From: Deltaproteobacteria bacterium
Lineage (GTDB): Bacteria > Desulfobacterota > DSM-4660 > Desulfatiglandales > HGW-15
NCBI GenBank assembly: GCA_016930835.1
Contig: JAFGGA010000173.1
Span: 6,156 to 70,155 of the forward strand
DNA: 64,000 nt
Direction of reading: 5' to 3'
The first letter of the stretch is position 1. Each line of letters begins with the position of its first letter. Positions 1 to 9,139 of the stretch are shown piece after piece. Position numbers and translations under genes: made by a program. The notes below the pieces were generated by a model. That model ran no database searches, was not told the DNA's origin, and saw nothing but the letters and a program-made list of their open reading frames with translations.

Positions 1-335
1 ACATGACCCGATGCAAAAACGGTCCGGGCATCAAAGCAAGGATGGGGACCCCCTAACACGACCCGGGCGCCGCTGGCTTTCGCCTGCCGGGCTAGAGCCA
101 TTACCTGTTGAAATCGAATGGTATCGCAATATATCCCCACAACATCAAAATCCTTGAATGATGGGTTTTTATGATCGACCATTTGATCATTGATGACCAC
201 GACGTGGCCGTTTTGACGTAAAGCGGCCGCTACATAAAGCAGCCCCAAGGGGGGGAAAACAACACCAACCGTATGAAGAACATTATTGCCTGCAGGATTT
301 ACTAAGAGAATGTGCACAGCCAGACACCCTTTCAT
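1..335 (-). CDS. Cobalamin (B12)-binding-domain radical SAM protein, N-terminal part only (rest lies off the window start)
   Basis: Own translation of the minus strand from ATG 335-333: MKGCLAVHILLVNPAGNNVLHTVGVVFPPLGLLYVAAALRQNGHVVVINDQ...ARVVLGGPHP. This fits the ILLxNP...PPLGLxYxAAxL..GH.V pattern of class-B rSAM B12-binding domains. It is absent from the ORF track because it is truncated. Confidence 0.55.
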   Translation of the reverse strand, partial: MKGCLAVHILLVNPAGNNVLHTVGVVFPPLGLLYVAAALRQNGHVVVINDQMVDHKNPSFKDFDVVGIYCDTIRFQQVMALARQAKASGARVVLGGPHPCFDARTVFASGH

Positions 336-756
336 GGGAATGTATCAAGATCGTTTGGTATCCTTAACAAAAACAGTTGGGGGCGTCAATTCCAATGAAA
401 GCTTGCAAAACAGCATCATGCTTTTTCCGGCCGGTCGAGGAAGGCTTCTCTAACTCAATCCATTCATGGTTTACGCGGTGCCTAAACACGAAGAAAATCA
501 TTTGCAAGGCATTCCTTCAGGGAGGCCGTCTGCAGACGGTTCAAGGGTCAAAAATGTGACGAGGTGATGGGCTTTTGATCGTTTAGCAAAAGTGACGTTT
601 GGTATTCTTTTATATGCCAAACTCCAACCCGTTGTTATTTTTAGAAATTCTTTTATTCCCTGTTTCTGGCATGATTCATGCTCAATACCCCTTTGTCCTT
701 CTCCCTTGGGGGAGTCTTTGCCTGTTTGACTTTTATGAAACGATTAATGGGAATCT

Positions 757-2295
757 ATGCCGGGCCTCCAAACACAAAAATGCAGGATAATGTCCCATAA
801 ACATCAGCTTTTTCTTTTTCTTTCTATCTTGCTGACCATCCTTTTAACCGATATCTTCCTTTTTTCTTTGCTGGCCGGTCAACTGGACGCGCTCGCTTTT
901 ATCTTGTTGGCGCTAATCCCTATCTTGACGGGTTGGTTGTTGGGGATGCGAATGGGGATTATCTTTGGGGGCCTGTGTGCCTTCATGCCTATTATTATTG
1001 GTTTTCAAACAAATTCCTTTTCAGGGATCATCCTTGGCACCGCTGTGATCATCAGGGGTATGGTCTCAGGAAGGCTTAAAGAACTGATCGATCGAGTATA
1101 TAAAGAAAATGAGGGAATCAAGACTTTAAAAGACGAAAACCGAAAGATCCATAGCCAGCTAGACCAAGCGCGAAAAATGGAATCCATTGGCATCCTTGCC
1201 GGTGGAATCGCGCATGATTTTAATAATATTCTTGCGGCCATCATGGGTCATGTGGAGATCGCACAACTCAATACCTCCTCGGATCATCCGCTTTATCAAA
1301 ATCTTACCCAAATCCTACAGGCCACCTATCGAGCAAAAGATCTCGTTCAGCAGATCCTGACCTTCTGCAGACAGACGGAAGATCAAATGCAACCCGTCCA
1401 GTTCAACCAGGTTATCAAAGAGGTGTTACGTTTGCTCCGGGCTTCACTGCCTTCGACAGTCGAGATACGTTCCAATATTGAGAACGGTACAGGGGTTGTT
1501 CTGGCTGATCCCACGCGAATACATCAAGTCTTGATGAATTTATGTACAAATTCCCTGCATTCGATGGAAGAAAAGGGTGGTACTCTTGAAATCAGCCTGG
1601 CTGATATTGAGATCGAATCCGGGGGGATTGATCATGTTGATGGTTTGCGGCCCGGGCAATATGTGCAATTATCTGTAAACGACACCGGTCATGGCATTGA
1701 TCCGGCTATTATGAATAAGATTTTCGACCCCTATTTTACAACCAAAGCCAAGGGTAAAGGGACCGGTATGGGTCTTACCGTCGTTAATGAGATTATCAAG
1801 AATCACCACGGGGCCATTCAGGTACTTAGTCAGGTCGATGAAGGCACGACCTTTCATCTGTATTTTCCGAGGGTCGAGGCTGAAGTTGTTGCCGAGGTGC
1901 AGGTGCCTGAACAGGCACCCACTGGAAATGAGCGGATCCTTTTTGTAGATGATGAAAAGGATCTGGTAGATATGGTGAAGCGAATCCTGGAACATCTGGG
2001 ATATCAGACTTTGGCCAGAACGGACTCCATTGAGGCATTGGAAACCTTTCGGGAATTGCCGAATGATTTTGATCTGATCATTACGGATATGACCATGCCG
2101 AATATGACAGGGGATATCTTGTCTGAAGAGATCAAGAAGATACGATCGGACATCCCGATTATTCTCTGTTCAGGGTTCAGCCCGCTAATCAATAAAGAAA
2201 AGGCACAGAATTTGGGCATCAAAAATATCCTGATGAAACCGCTTGCCATAAATGACTTGGCCAAGGCCGTAAGGAATGCCTTGGACACGCCTTAA
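757..2295 (+). CDS. Hybrid sensor histidine kinase / response regulator (membrane N-terminus, HisKA, HATPase_c, C-terminal receiver)
   Basis: The N-terminus is hydrophobic. H-box GGIAHDFNNILAAIMGH, ATPase motifs NLCTNSLHSM, DTGHGI and GKGTGMGL, and a receiver with ILFVDDE...ITDMTMP...KP. The start is more likely ATG 790 (MSHKHQ). Confidence 0.85.
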   Translation: MPGLQTQKCRIMSHKHQLFLFLSILLTILLTDIFLFSLLAGQLDALAFILLALIPILTGWLLGMRMGIIFGGLCAFMPIIIGFQTNSFSGIILGTAVIIRGMVSGRLKELIDRVYKENEGIKTLKDENRKIHSQLDQARKMESIGILAGGIAHDFNNILAAIMGHVEIAQLNTSSDHPLYQNLTQILQATYRAKDLVQQILTFCRQTEDQMQPVQFNQVIKEVLRLLRASLPSTVEIRSNIENGTGVVLADPTRIHQVLMNLCTNSLHSMEEKGGTLEISLADIEIESGGIDHVDGLRPGQYVQLSVNDTGHGIDPAIMNKIFDPYFTTKAKGKGTGMGLTVVNEIIKNHHGAIQVLSQVDEGTTFHLYFPRVEAEVVAEVQVPEQAPTGNERILFVDDEKDLVDMVKRILEHLGYQTLARTDSIEALETFRELPNDFDLIITDMTMPNMTGDILSEEIKKIRSDIPIILCSGFSPLINKEKAQNLGIKNILMKPLAINDLAKAVRNALDTP

Positions 2296-2334
2296 GGTTT
2301 TAGATCCTTTGATCAACACAATCCTAGAAACCCC

Positions 2335-2362
2335 TTGACATCATCCGCCACAACCCTAAAAT
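2335..2362 (+). promoter_or_regulatory. Candidate sigma70-type promoter (TTGACA, 16-nt spacer, TAAAAT) upstream of the thioesterase gene
   Basis: TTGACA at 2335-2340 and TAAAAT at 2357-2362, about 75 nt upstream of ATG 2436. Motif match only. Confidence 0.35.
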
Positions 2363-2435
2363 AGCTTTCACATTGTACTTCGAATCCCGATCTCAATGGT
2401 CGCGGACCATTCGGTAATCAAACGACGGAGCCAGC

Positions 2436-2855
2436 ATGGAGAATGGATGGCATAAAACCTCAATCCGCGTAAGATATAAAGATACGGATCGGATGGGTGT
2501 TGTTTATTATGGTAATTATCTGACCTTTTTTGAGGTTGGGCGTGCTGAATTAATGCGGGAATTAGGATTTCCCTATTCTCGGATGGAGGCACTCGGTCAT
2601 AGTCTGGTGGTTGTGGAGGCGGCCGCCAAATATCATGCCAATGTAGGCTATGATTCACTGGTCACGGTTTTAACGGCCGTTACTCAACTAAAAAGGGCCA
2701 CCATACGATTTGATTATAAGGTGATATCTGAAGACGAAAGGCTCCTTGTGAGCGGATATACTCTTCATGCCTGCATACAGCCCAATCAAAAACCATCCCG
2801 AATCCCGGAAGAGATTAAGCGCATCATTGAAAGGAAAATACCGAGTATTGATTGA
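2436..2855 (+). CDS. Acyl-CoA thioesterase, 4HBT/YbgC family (hotdog fold)
   Basis: 139 aa. RVRYKDTDRMGVVYYGNYLTFFEVGRAELMRELG is the typical YbgC/4HBT N-terminal catalytic Asp region. Confidence 0.8.
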   Translation: MENGWHKTSIRVRYKDTDRMGVVYYGNYLTFFEVGRAELMRELGFPYSRMEALGHSLVVVEAAAKYHANVGYDSLVTVLTAVTQLKRATIRFDYKVISEDERLLVSGYTLHACIQPNQKPSRIPEEIKRIIERKIPSID

Positions 2856-3037
2856 TATTTCATTTCCTTGGCCAATCCCGGCATCCCTTCTTTTTCAAGG
2901 CCATCTTGAATAAGTGTCTGATTTCAATCCATCATAGCCATGCTGAGCGGCTGAGTTGGGGAAATTTCATTAATTCCTTGCATAAAGGTATCTGATTTCA
3001 TTATCATCCCAAATAGAATCCAATGGGAGGTGAATGC

Positions 3038-3553
3038 ATGCGCCTGAAAATAGGTTCTTTTTACGGTGTTTTTTCCATGCTTGTCCTATTAGCCTTAGTA
3101 CTCGGTCAATATAGCAGCAAGGCAGCAGAAAAGCCACCAGCGCCGGATTTCTTGCTTAATGATATCAATGGAGGGATGGTCTCTTTATCTCAGCATAAGG
3201 GGAAGATCATCCTTTTGGATTTCTGGGCAACCTGGTGCCCTCCTTGTCGCATGTCTATTCCCGAGTTGGTGGCGCTGAATAAAAAATATAAAGATAAGGG
3301 ATTGGTTATTTTAGGTATTTCCGTAGATGATCCCGAAAAGGTCAACGATGCGTTATTAAAGGCGTTTGTAAAGAAATTCAAAATCAATTACACGATTCTT
3401 CGAATCAACGAGCAGGTTATGAGAGACTATTTCGCTTATCAGCAAATAGGGGTTCCAACCATGTTTATTATCGACCGGGAGGGCAAGATATTGGATATGT
3501 ATGTAGGGTTCCGCCCCGGTGTTTTAGAAAAAGCCATCAAAAAGGTGATCTAG
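3038..3553 (+). CDS. TlpA/ResA-like thiol:disulfide oxidoreductase (thioredoxin fold), secreted or membrane anchored
   Basis: Signal-like N-terminus and FWATWCPPCR active site (WCPPC). GGAGG at 3026-3030 favours ATG 3038 over the ORF-track start 3023. Confidence 0.85.
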   Translation: MRLKIGSFYGVFSMLVLLALVLGQYSSKAAEKPPAPDFLLNDINGGMVSLSQHKGKIILLDFWATWCPPCRMSIPELVALNKKYKDKGLVILGISVDDPEKVNDALLKAFVKKFKINYTILRINEQVMRDYFAYQQIGVPTMFIIDREGKILDMYVGFRPGVLEKAIKKVI

Positions 3554-4395
3554 TGATTATTGATTTTCATACCCACATTTTCCCTTCAGTGATCAGGGAT
3601 AACCGGGATCTTTTCTTTCATAATGAACCGGATTTTCAACTGCTTTACCAATCCCCCAAATCAAGACTTGCCGGGAAAGGGGAGCTTTTGGCCAGTATGG
3701 ATCGACAAGGTATCCGGAAATCCGTTATTTTTGGTTTTCCATGGAAAAATACCGATCATTTTCGCAGGCATAATGATTATATTATCGAATCCGTCCAACG
3801 GCACCCGGATAGGTTTATCGGGTTTTGCTGCGCGGATCCTCTTTCCAAGGAAGCCGCAAGAGAAATGGAGAGATGCCTCCAGGCTGGTCTCAAGGGCATC
3901 GGCGAATTGGCTCTATATGCTACCGGATTTACTCCTGATATCATCTCATCCACGGCCGATATTATGTCCATTTCTGGTGAATATCATTCACCTGTCCTTC
4001 TCCATACCAATGAACCGGTAGGACATCAATATCCCGGGAAACAACCCATGCATCTAGCGCAACTCTACAACCTAATTCAAACATACCGCTCGAACAGGAT
4101 CATTCTGGCTCATTGGGGTGGCGGGCTTTTTTTTTATGCCTTGATGAAAAAGGAGGTCAAAGAGATCTTAAAGAACGTATGGTTTGACACGGCGGCATCC
4201 CCCTTCCTCTATACCGCGGATATTTATCGGATTGCCGGGGAAATAATTGGATATGAAAAAATACTTTTCGGTTCAGACTATCCATTAATCAACCCTGAAC
4301 GGTATATCCAAGAGATGGAATCGGCGGGCATTCCTTCGGCAGGCATAGAGGCCATGATCGGGGAAAACGCTAGGAACCTCCTCGATCTATCCTGA
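3553..4395 (+). CDS. Amidohydrolase-family metal-dependent hydrolase (TIM barrel)
   Basis: IIDFHTHIFP start (HxH metal motif), AHWGGG and FGSDYP near the C-terminus. The GTG start overlaps the upstream stop (TAGTG). Confidence 0.7.
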   Translation: MIIDFHTHIFPSVIRDNRDLFFHNEPDFQLLYQSPKSRLAGKGELLASMDRQGIRKSVIFGFPWKNTDHFRRHNDYIIESVQRHPDRFIGFCCADPLSKEAAREMERCLQAGLKGIGELALYATGFTPDIISSTADIMSISGEYHSPVLLHTNEPVGHQYPGKQPMHLAQLYNLIQTYRSNRIILAHWGGGLFFYALMKKEVKEILKNVWFDTAASPFLYTADIYRIAGEIIGYEKILFGSDYPLINPERYIQEMESAGIPSAGIEAMIGENARNLLDLS

Positions 4396-4496
4396 TGAAA
4401 TCGGTCATTTTAGAAGATTTTCCACCTGGATGAAAAACGTTGTTTTTAAAGAACAAAAAGGTGAAAAAAAACCTTAATGTTTTGGATGATTTTTTC

Positions 4497-4525
4497 TTGA
4501 CACACGCCGGTCTTTCCCCTACATT
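4497..4525 (+). promoter_or_regulatory. Candidate sigma70-type promoter (TTGACA, 17-nt spacer, TACATT) giving a roughly 200-nt leader for speD-speE
   Basis: TTGACA at 4497-4502, 17-nt spacer, TACATT at 4520-4525. The first plausible start codon is at 4723/4729. Confidence 0.4.
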
Positions 4526-4722
4526 CCCCCCATCAATAAAGGGCTTTATTAACCATTAGTTCATGCCTTGGATTCACCCCTGATGGGGCTGTGCAGAACG
4601 AGACGTTGCTTTAGGCCCCCAATTTTCTATACTGCTGAAGAAGCAGTAAAATGTCTCCCATCTAGTGATCCCGTATTTATCGAGATTTACACCAGGTGTT
4701 AATTTCCTTTTAAGTTCGGAGG

Positions 4723-5628
4723 GTGAAAATGAAGCGAAATAACATCATTCCATTATGCAGTGAAAAAGAAAGACGAGATGCTTCCTCTGGTCAACATGCG
4801 GTCCCCAATGGGCTCGTTTCATTGAATACGGCCGCAAGACCTCGTGCGCTAGGGAAGCACGTCACGATTGAATGTTATAATTGTGATTCCCAGGTGCTGA
4901 ATGATTCCGCGCGATTGGAACAGGTTTGTATTGAAACGGTTCGTCAAAGCGGCGCCACCATCTTATCATCTCATTTTCATTATTATACCCCACAAGGGAT
5001 CAGTGGCGTTATTATCATCAGCGAATCTCATTTTACTATCCATACCTGGCCTGAACACAAATATGCAGCATGCGATTTTTTTAGCTGTAGCGACACCATT
5101 GATATCCAGAAGGCCCTGGATAGTCTCAAAAGGCATTTAAAAACGCCGGAGATCGGGATATCCGCTGATATGGCGCGCGGTATCGTGGACAATAATCGTA
5201 TCGAACGCTATATTACTGAAACAGACAATACGGATCAGGGTTTTGTCTACTCTTGGAAGAAAAAATTCGAGTTATCAAAAGCCTGGGGGATATTGACCTC
5301 TGTTGATATAGCGGATTGTGACCCGAAAAAGATCCGCGATGGCGCTTTCATCACCGCATACGTCCATCAGCTCTGCGATCACATAGGGATGAGACGCTTT
5401 GGCGATACAGTGGTTGTGAATTTCGGAGAAGATGAGCGCGTGGCCGGTTTCAGCATGACCCAATTGATTGAGTCGTCTCTTGTCTCAGGGCATTTTGCCA
5501 ACCAGACCAATCGGGCCTATATTGACATCTTTAGCTGCAAATTCTACGAACCCCGTGATGCGGCTGAATTCAGCCTTAAGATGTTCAGTGGTTCCAATTA
5601 TGTCATGCAGGTCGCGTTAAGATCTTAA
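4723..5628 (+). CDS. speD: S-adenosylmethionine decarboxylase proenzyme, class 1 type, tandem two-domain fusion
   Basis: Domain 1 carries IISESHFTIHTWPEHKYAACDFFSC, the pyruvoyl self-cleavage ES site plus HTWPE. Domain 2 (aa ~185-301) repeats the fold signature as QLIESSLVSGHFANQTNRAYIDIFSC. It is followed directly by speE. ATG 4729 with GGAGG at 4717 is the more likely start. Confidence 0.85.
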   Translation: MKMKRNNIIPLCSEKERRDASSGQHAVPNGLVSLNTAARPRALGKHVTIECYNCDSQVLNDSARLEQVCIETVRQSGATILSSHFHYYTPQGISGVIIISESHFTIHTWPEHKYAACDFFSCSDTIDIQKALDSLKRHLKTPEIGISADMARGIVDNNRIERYITETDNTDQGFVYSWKKKFELSKAWGILTSVDIADCDPKKIRDGAFITAYVHQLCDHIGMRRFGDTVVVNFGEDERVAGFSMTQLIESSLVSGHFANQTNRAYIDIFSCKFYEPRDAAEFSLKMFSGSNYVMQVALRS

Positions 5629-5632
5629 ACAC

Positions 5633-6478
5633 ATGCCGCCATTAGAACATAATTGGTTCTCTGAAATCCATGAGAATTTATGGCCGGGTCGGGCCCTTTC
5701 ACTTCGGATGGACCGCGTTCTGTATCAAGAGAAATCCGAATACCAAGATATTTGCGTCTTTGAAAACAGCGGCGTCGGGAGGGTCCTGACGCTCGATAAT
5801 ATTATTCAGATCACCGAATCAGATGAATTTGCCTACCAGGAGATGATCGCCCATGTACCCTTGTTTGCACACCCGGACCCCCGTAGTGTTCTCATTATCG
5901 GTGGCGGGGATGGAGGCGTGGCACGCGAGGTCGCCAAACACCGGGGGGTCGAACAGATTGATCTATGTGAAATCGACAGGATGGTCATAGAGGTCAGCCG
6001 GAAATACCTACCCTTTACATCCGTTGGTTTTTCCGATCCCCGGGTAAAGGTTCATATCCAAGATGGAGCTGAATTTGCCCGCAAAAATGTTGATGCCTAT
6101 GATGTGATTATCGTTGATTCTTCAGACCCCATCGGACCCGCTAAGGTCCTTTTTGAAGAACCCTTCTATCGTTCAATTGAAGCAGCCCTCAAAAAAGACG
6201 GCATCATGATGAACCAGGCCGAATCGATTTGGCTCCATCTCGACCTGATCAAAGATCTTCGAAAGACCGCGGAGGGGCTTTTCCCCAAAACTGAATATTG
6301 TTATACGTGTGTACCCACCTATCCCAGTGGCCAGATTGGATTCTTGTGTTGCTCCAAAGAATATGACGTTCGCGAACCACAACGGAGACCCGACCAGGCA
6401 TTTCAAAAAAAATGTCGATATTATACGCCGGACATTCATAAGGCGTCCTTTCACCTTCCGGCCTTTGTCAACCGGTAA
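5633..6478 (+). CDS. speE: Spermidine synthase (aminopropyltransferase)
   Basis: 281 aa with LIIGGGDGGVAREV, DLCEID and VIIVDSSDPIGPA motifs. Operon context with speD. Confidence 0.92.
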   Translation: MPPLEHNWFSEIHENLWPGRALSLRMDRVLYQEKSEYQDICVFENSGVGRVLTLDNIIQITESDEFAYQEMIAHVPLFAHPDPRSVLIIGGGDGGVAREVAKHRGVEQIDLCEIDRMVIEVSRKYLPFTSVGFSDPRVKVHIQDGAEFARKNVDAYDVIIVDSSDPIGPAKVLFEEPFYRSIEAALKKDGIMMNQAESIWLHLDLIKDLRKTAEGLFPKTEYCYTCVPTYPSGQIGFLCCSKEYDVREPQRRPDQAFQKKCRYYTPDIHKASFHLPAFVNR

Positions 6479-6808
6479 TTCATGTCCGCCCTGGAATATC
6501 CCTATCCCTGGCTAAACAATCCTTCCAAAATTCTTTTGCACCCCTGGAAACCGCCACATACTGATCCCAAAGAATAATCATTCGCTGCATTATCCGACCA
6601 ATGAGCCGATATCGAATGATCTGGCATACCGTTTGAATAATCAGAATAATAAAGGGGTTGAAAATATTTCTTTTAATGATAATAGTTATAGGGTAATTTC
6701 ATATCTGATGTATTCGATGATGTATTCGATCCGATCAATATCTTGTTTGAATGACCAGGGTCACAGGATCGATAATCAATAAAGGATCAATATCGGGAGG
6801 ACTATTCA

Positions 6809-7828
6809 ATGAATCGTATCACAAAATTATCCGTTCTGGTTTTTATTACATGCCTGCTTTTTTCATTATATACGGCTCCGGTTTTTTCCGAACCAAACGT
6901 GAAGCAACCAGCTCCTAAAATATCGCCCATTGAAACCCATTATGATTTCGGACAAATTTCCGAGGGAATCAATGTAGAGCATATCTTTAAGATCCGCAAC
7001 ACAGGCGACAGCGATCTGGTTATTCATCAAGCCAGGGGATCGTGAGGCTGCACAGCCACGGTCGTTTCCACCAAGGCCATTCCCCCGGGCGGGGAAGGAG
7101 AGATCAAAGCCACCTTGAGCACCCGTGATATCAAAGGCCCGTTGCAAAAGAGCATTACAGTGTCTTCCAATGATCCGGTCAGCCCGCGCATCGTCCTAAC
7201 ACTCAAGGGTGAAGTCATCCGCGAAGTCGATGTGATCCCGCGTGCCATAAACTTTGGAAGACTAGGGAAAGGGCAAACCGTTTCCAAAGATCTGACCATT
7301 ACACTGCATAAGCCCGATAAGATAAGGATTTCAGCGGTCACCGTCAATAACCATTTGTTTTCAGTCGAATCAAAAAAAGATGGAGTAGAAGGTACGTCCC
7401 GGTACGCGGTTAAATTCTTAGGAAACGATGCGCTCGGTAGAATATCCGCCACCCTTCACATTGAGTTGGAAGGGATTGAGCCACCCATCATAAGGGTCCC
7501 TCTCACGGTTAGCATCGAAAAGGATCTTCATTATACCAAGAGCCTTTATTTCATTCAGAGTAACGGTTCTTATCCATCAAGAGAAGTTTATTTTACGACC
7601 CTATCCGGTGAACCGGTTAATATCCTTAAAGTGGAGGATACGGGCGGATTGCTCAAAACAAGTGTATTAAATCGTAAAGGCTCCGCTTCCGTGCTTAAGG
7701 CAGAGGTGGCGGATTCCAAGACAACCACCACTGAGCAGACATATCATAGGTTGATTATCACGACGGATCATAAAGAAGAATCCAAAGTAGAGATTCCTTA
7801 TTCATTGGTCATCCCTCAACGGCGATAA
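6809..7828 (+). CDS. Secreted DUF1573-family protein with a single in-frame TGA at 7043-7045 (selenocysteine candidate, or a pseudogene)
   Basis: ORFs 6809-7045 and 7115-7828 are in the same frame (306 nt apart), and no other stop lies between them. Signal peptide MNRITKLSVLVFITCLLFSLYTAPVFS. HYDFGQISEG...FKIRNTGDSDLVIHQARGS[TGA]GCTATV...PPGGEGEIKATL matches the DUF1573 core, whose conserved motif is SCGCT. Confidence 0.65.
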
Positions 7829-7846
7829 ACTTGAATCTTTTGTTTT

Positions 7847-9124
7847 ATGGAATCATTTTGTATAGATGGTCTTCAAATAGCCCTCAAAAAGCAAGGAGCT
7901 GATGAATATACAAAGGTCAGTTACCCCTTGCGTTATGGCCTGTTTTCAGAGATTGTCTCCCCGGATTTTATCTTTCAATTGAACTTAAACGGGGAGATCA
8001 AATTCATTACCGGTAGAGGAAAAGCCTGGCCGGACCCCTCCGAGTATCTGAAGCGAACCATCGACAATAATTGGATCTACTATTCAACAGGTGGATACAG
8101 CGGTGTTTATGATTCTTTTGGTGAATATTATCTACCGTGCCCATCCTATCCCAGTAATAGCATCCAACTTGACGATCCCTTCCAAACCCATCCCGTTCAA
8201 TCCGCCATAAATGCGTGGCATGAAACATATAGCCGACTCTCCTTCCTGGCGCGAGGAAAAGGCCTGCCAAAGACCCTGGTGGACTTTCTTGGAGATGCGG
8301 TTAAAAAATCTCCCGAGTTTCTTGAGGAGCGATCATTTGCCTTGATGGATATTTTAGGGGACAGGGTGACCGTCCTGCCCCCGGATACGCGGCACGTGGA
8401 TTATGATGTCATTCCCGTCTTTATCGCTGACGGGTGCTTGTACAAGTGTGATTTTTGTATGATAAAATCTCAAAAGAAATTCGCATGCCGATCAAAGGAT
8501 GAGATCTTACATCAGATCAACGAACTTAGACATTTTTACAACAAAGATATCTGCAATTACAACGCCATATTCCTGGCTCAACACGATGCCCTGAATGCCG
8601 GAGGTGATTTGATCGAGTATGCCGCCCGATATGCCTATGATACATTTGGCTTGAGGCGATCGGCGCTTAAGGGAGCATATCTTTTCCTTTTTGGAAGTGC
8701 CCATTCCCTCTTGACAGCCGATGATACGCTTTTTGATCAGCTGGAAGCACTGCCTTACCTGACCTATATTAATATCGGCCTTGAATCAGCTGATGCCGAA
8801 ACCCTTCATCTGCTGAAAAAGGCCATTACCCCACAAACCGTCCATGATGCATTCAAGAAAATGCTTGATATCAATAAACGCTATCGCAAGATTGAAGTGA
8901 CCTCAAACTTTGTTTTTGGAAATCATCTCCCAAAAGGGCATTTGCCCTCCGTTTTTCGATTAATGGAAAAACAGCTGAAACATTTTTATGCAAAGGGTGC
9001 GGTCTATTTTTCGCCTTTCATGAATGGGACACCGCTCGAAAAGAGAGGAACAAAAAGAGAATTTTATAAAATCAAGATGCGGAGTCGATTACCCACCTAC
9101 TTGTATTTGATTCAACGATTATAA
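7847..9124 (+). CDS. Radical SAM protein with a roughly 190-aa N-terminal domain of unknown function
   Basis: CX3CX2C cluster motif in FIADGCLYKCDFCM, with downstream GLESAD-type TIM-barrel motifs. Confidence 0.7.
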   Translation: MESFCIDGLQIALKKQGADEYTKVSYPLRYGLFSEIVSPDFIFQLNLNGEIKFITGRGKAWPDPSEYLKRTIDNNWIYYSTGGYSGVYDSFGEYYLPCPSYPSNSIQLDDPFQTHPVQSAINAWHETYSRLSFLARGKGLPKTLVDFLGDAVKKSPEFLEERSFALMDILGDRVTVLPPDTRHVDYDVIPVFIADGCLYKCDFCMIKSQKKFACRSKDEILHQINELRHFYNKDICNYNAIFLAQHDALNAGGDLIEYAARYAYDTFGLRRSALKGAYLFLFGSAHSLLTADDTLFDQLEALPYLTYINIGLESADAETLHLLKKAITPQTVHDAFKKMLDINKRYRKIEVTSNFVFGNHLPKGHLPSVFRLMEKQLKHFYAKGAVYFSPFMNGTPLEKRGTKREFYKIKMRSRLPTYLYLIQRL

Positions 9125-9139
9125 AAAGATACAGGCGAC

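Noticed and set aside
7041..7060. Hairpin CGUG-A-GGCUG...CAGCC-ACG enclosing the TGA codon itself, as a SECIS.
   Set aside because: The apical loop would be only 2-4 nt and the UGA would sit inside the stem, which is not bacterial SECIS geometry. The downstream 7055-7077 stem-loop is the better, still weak, candidate.
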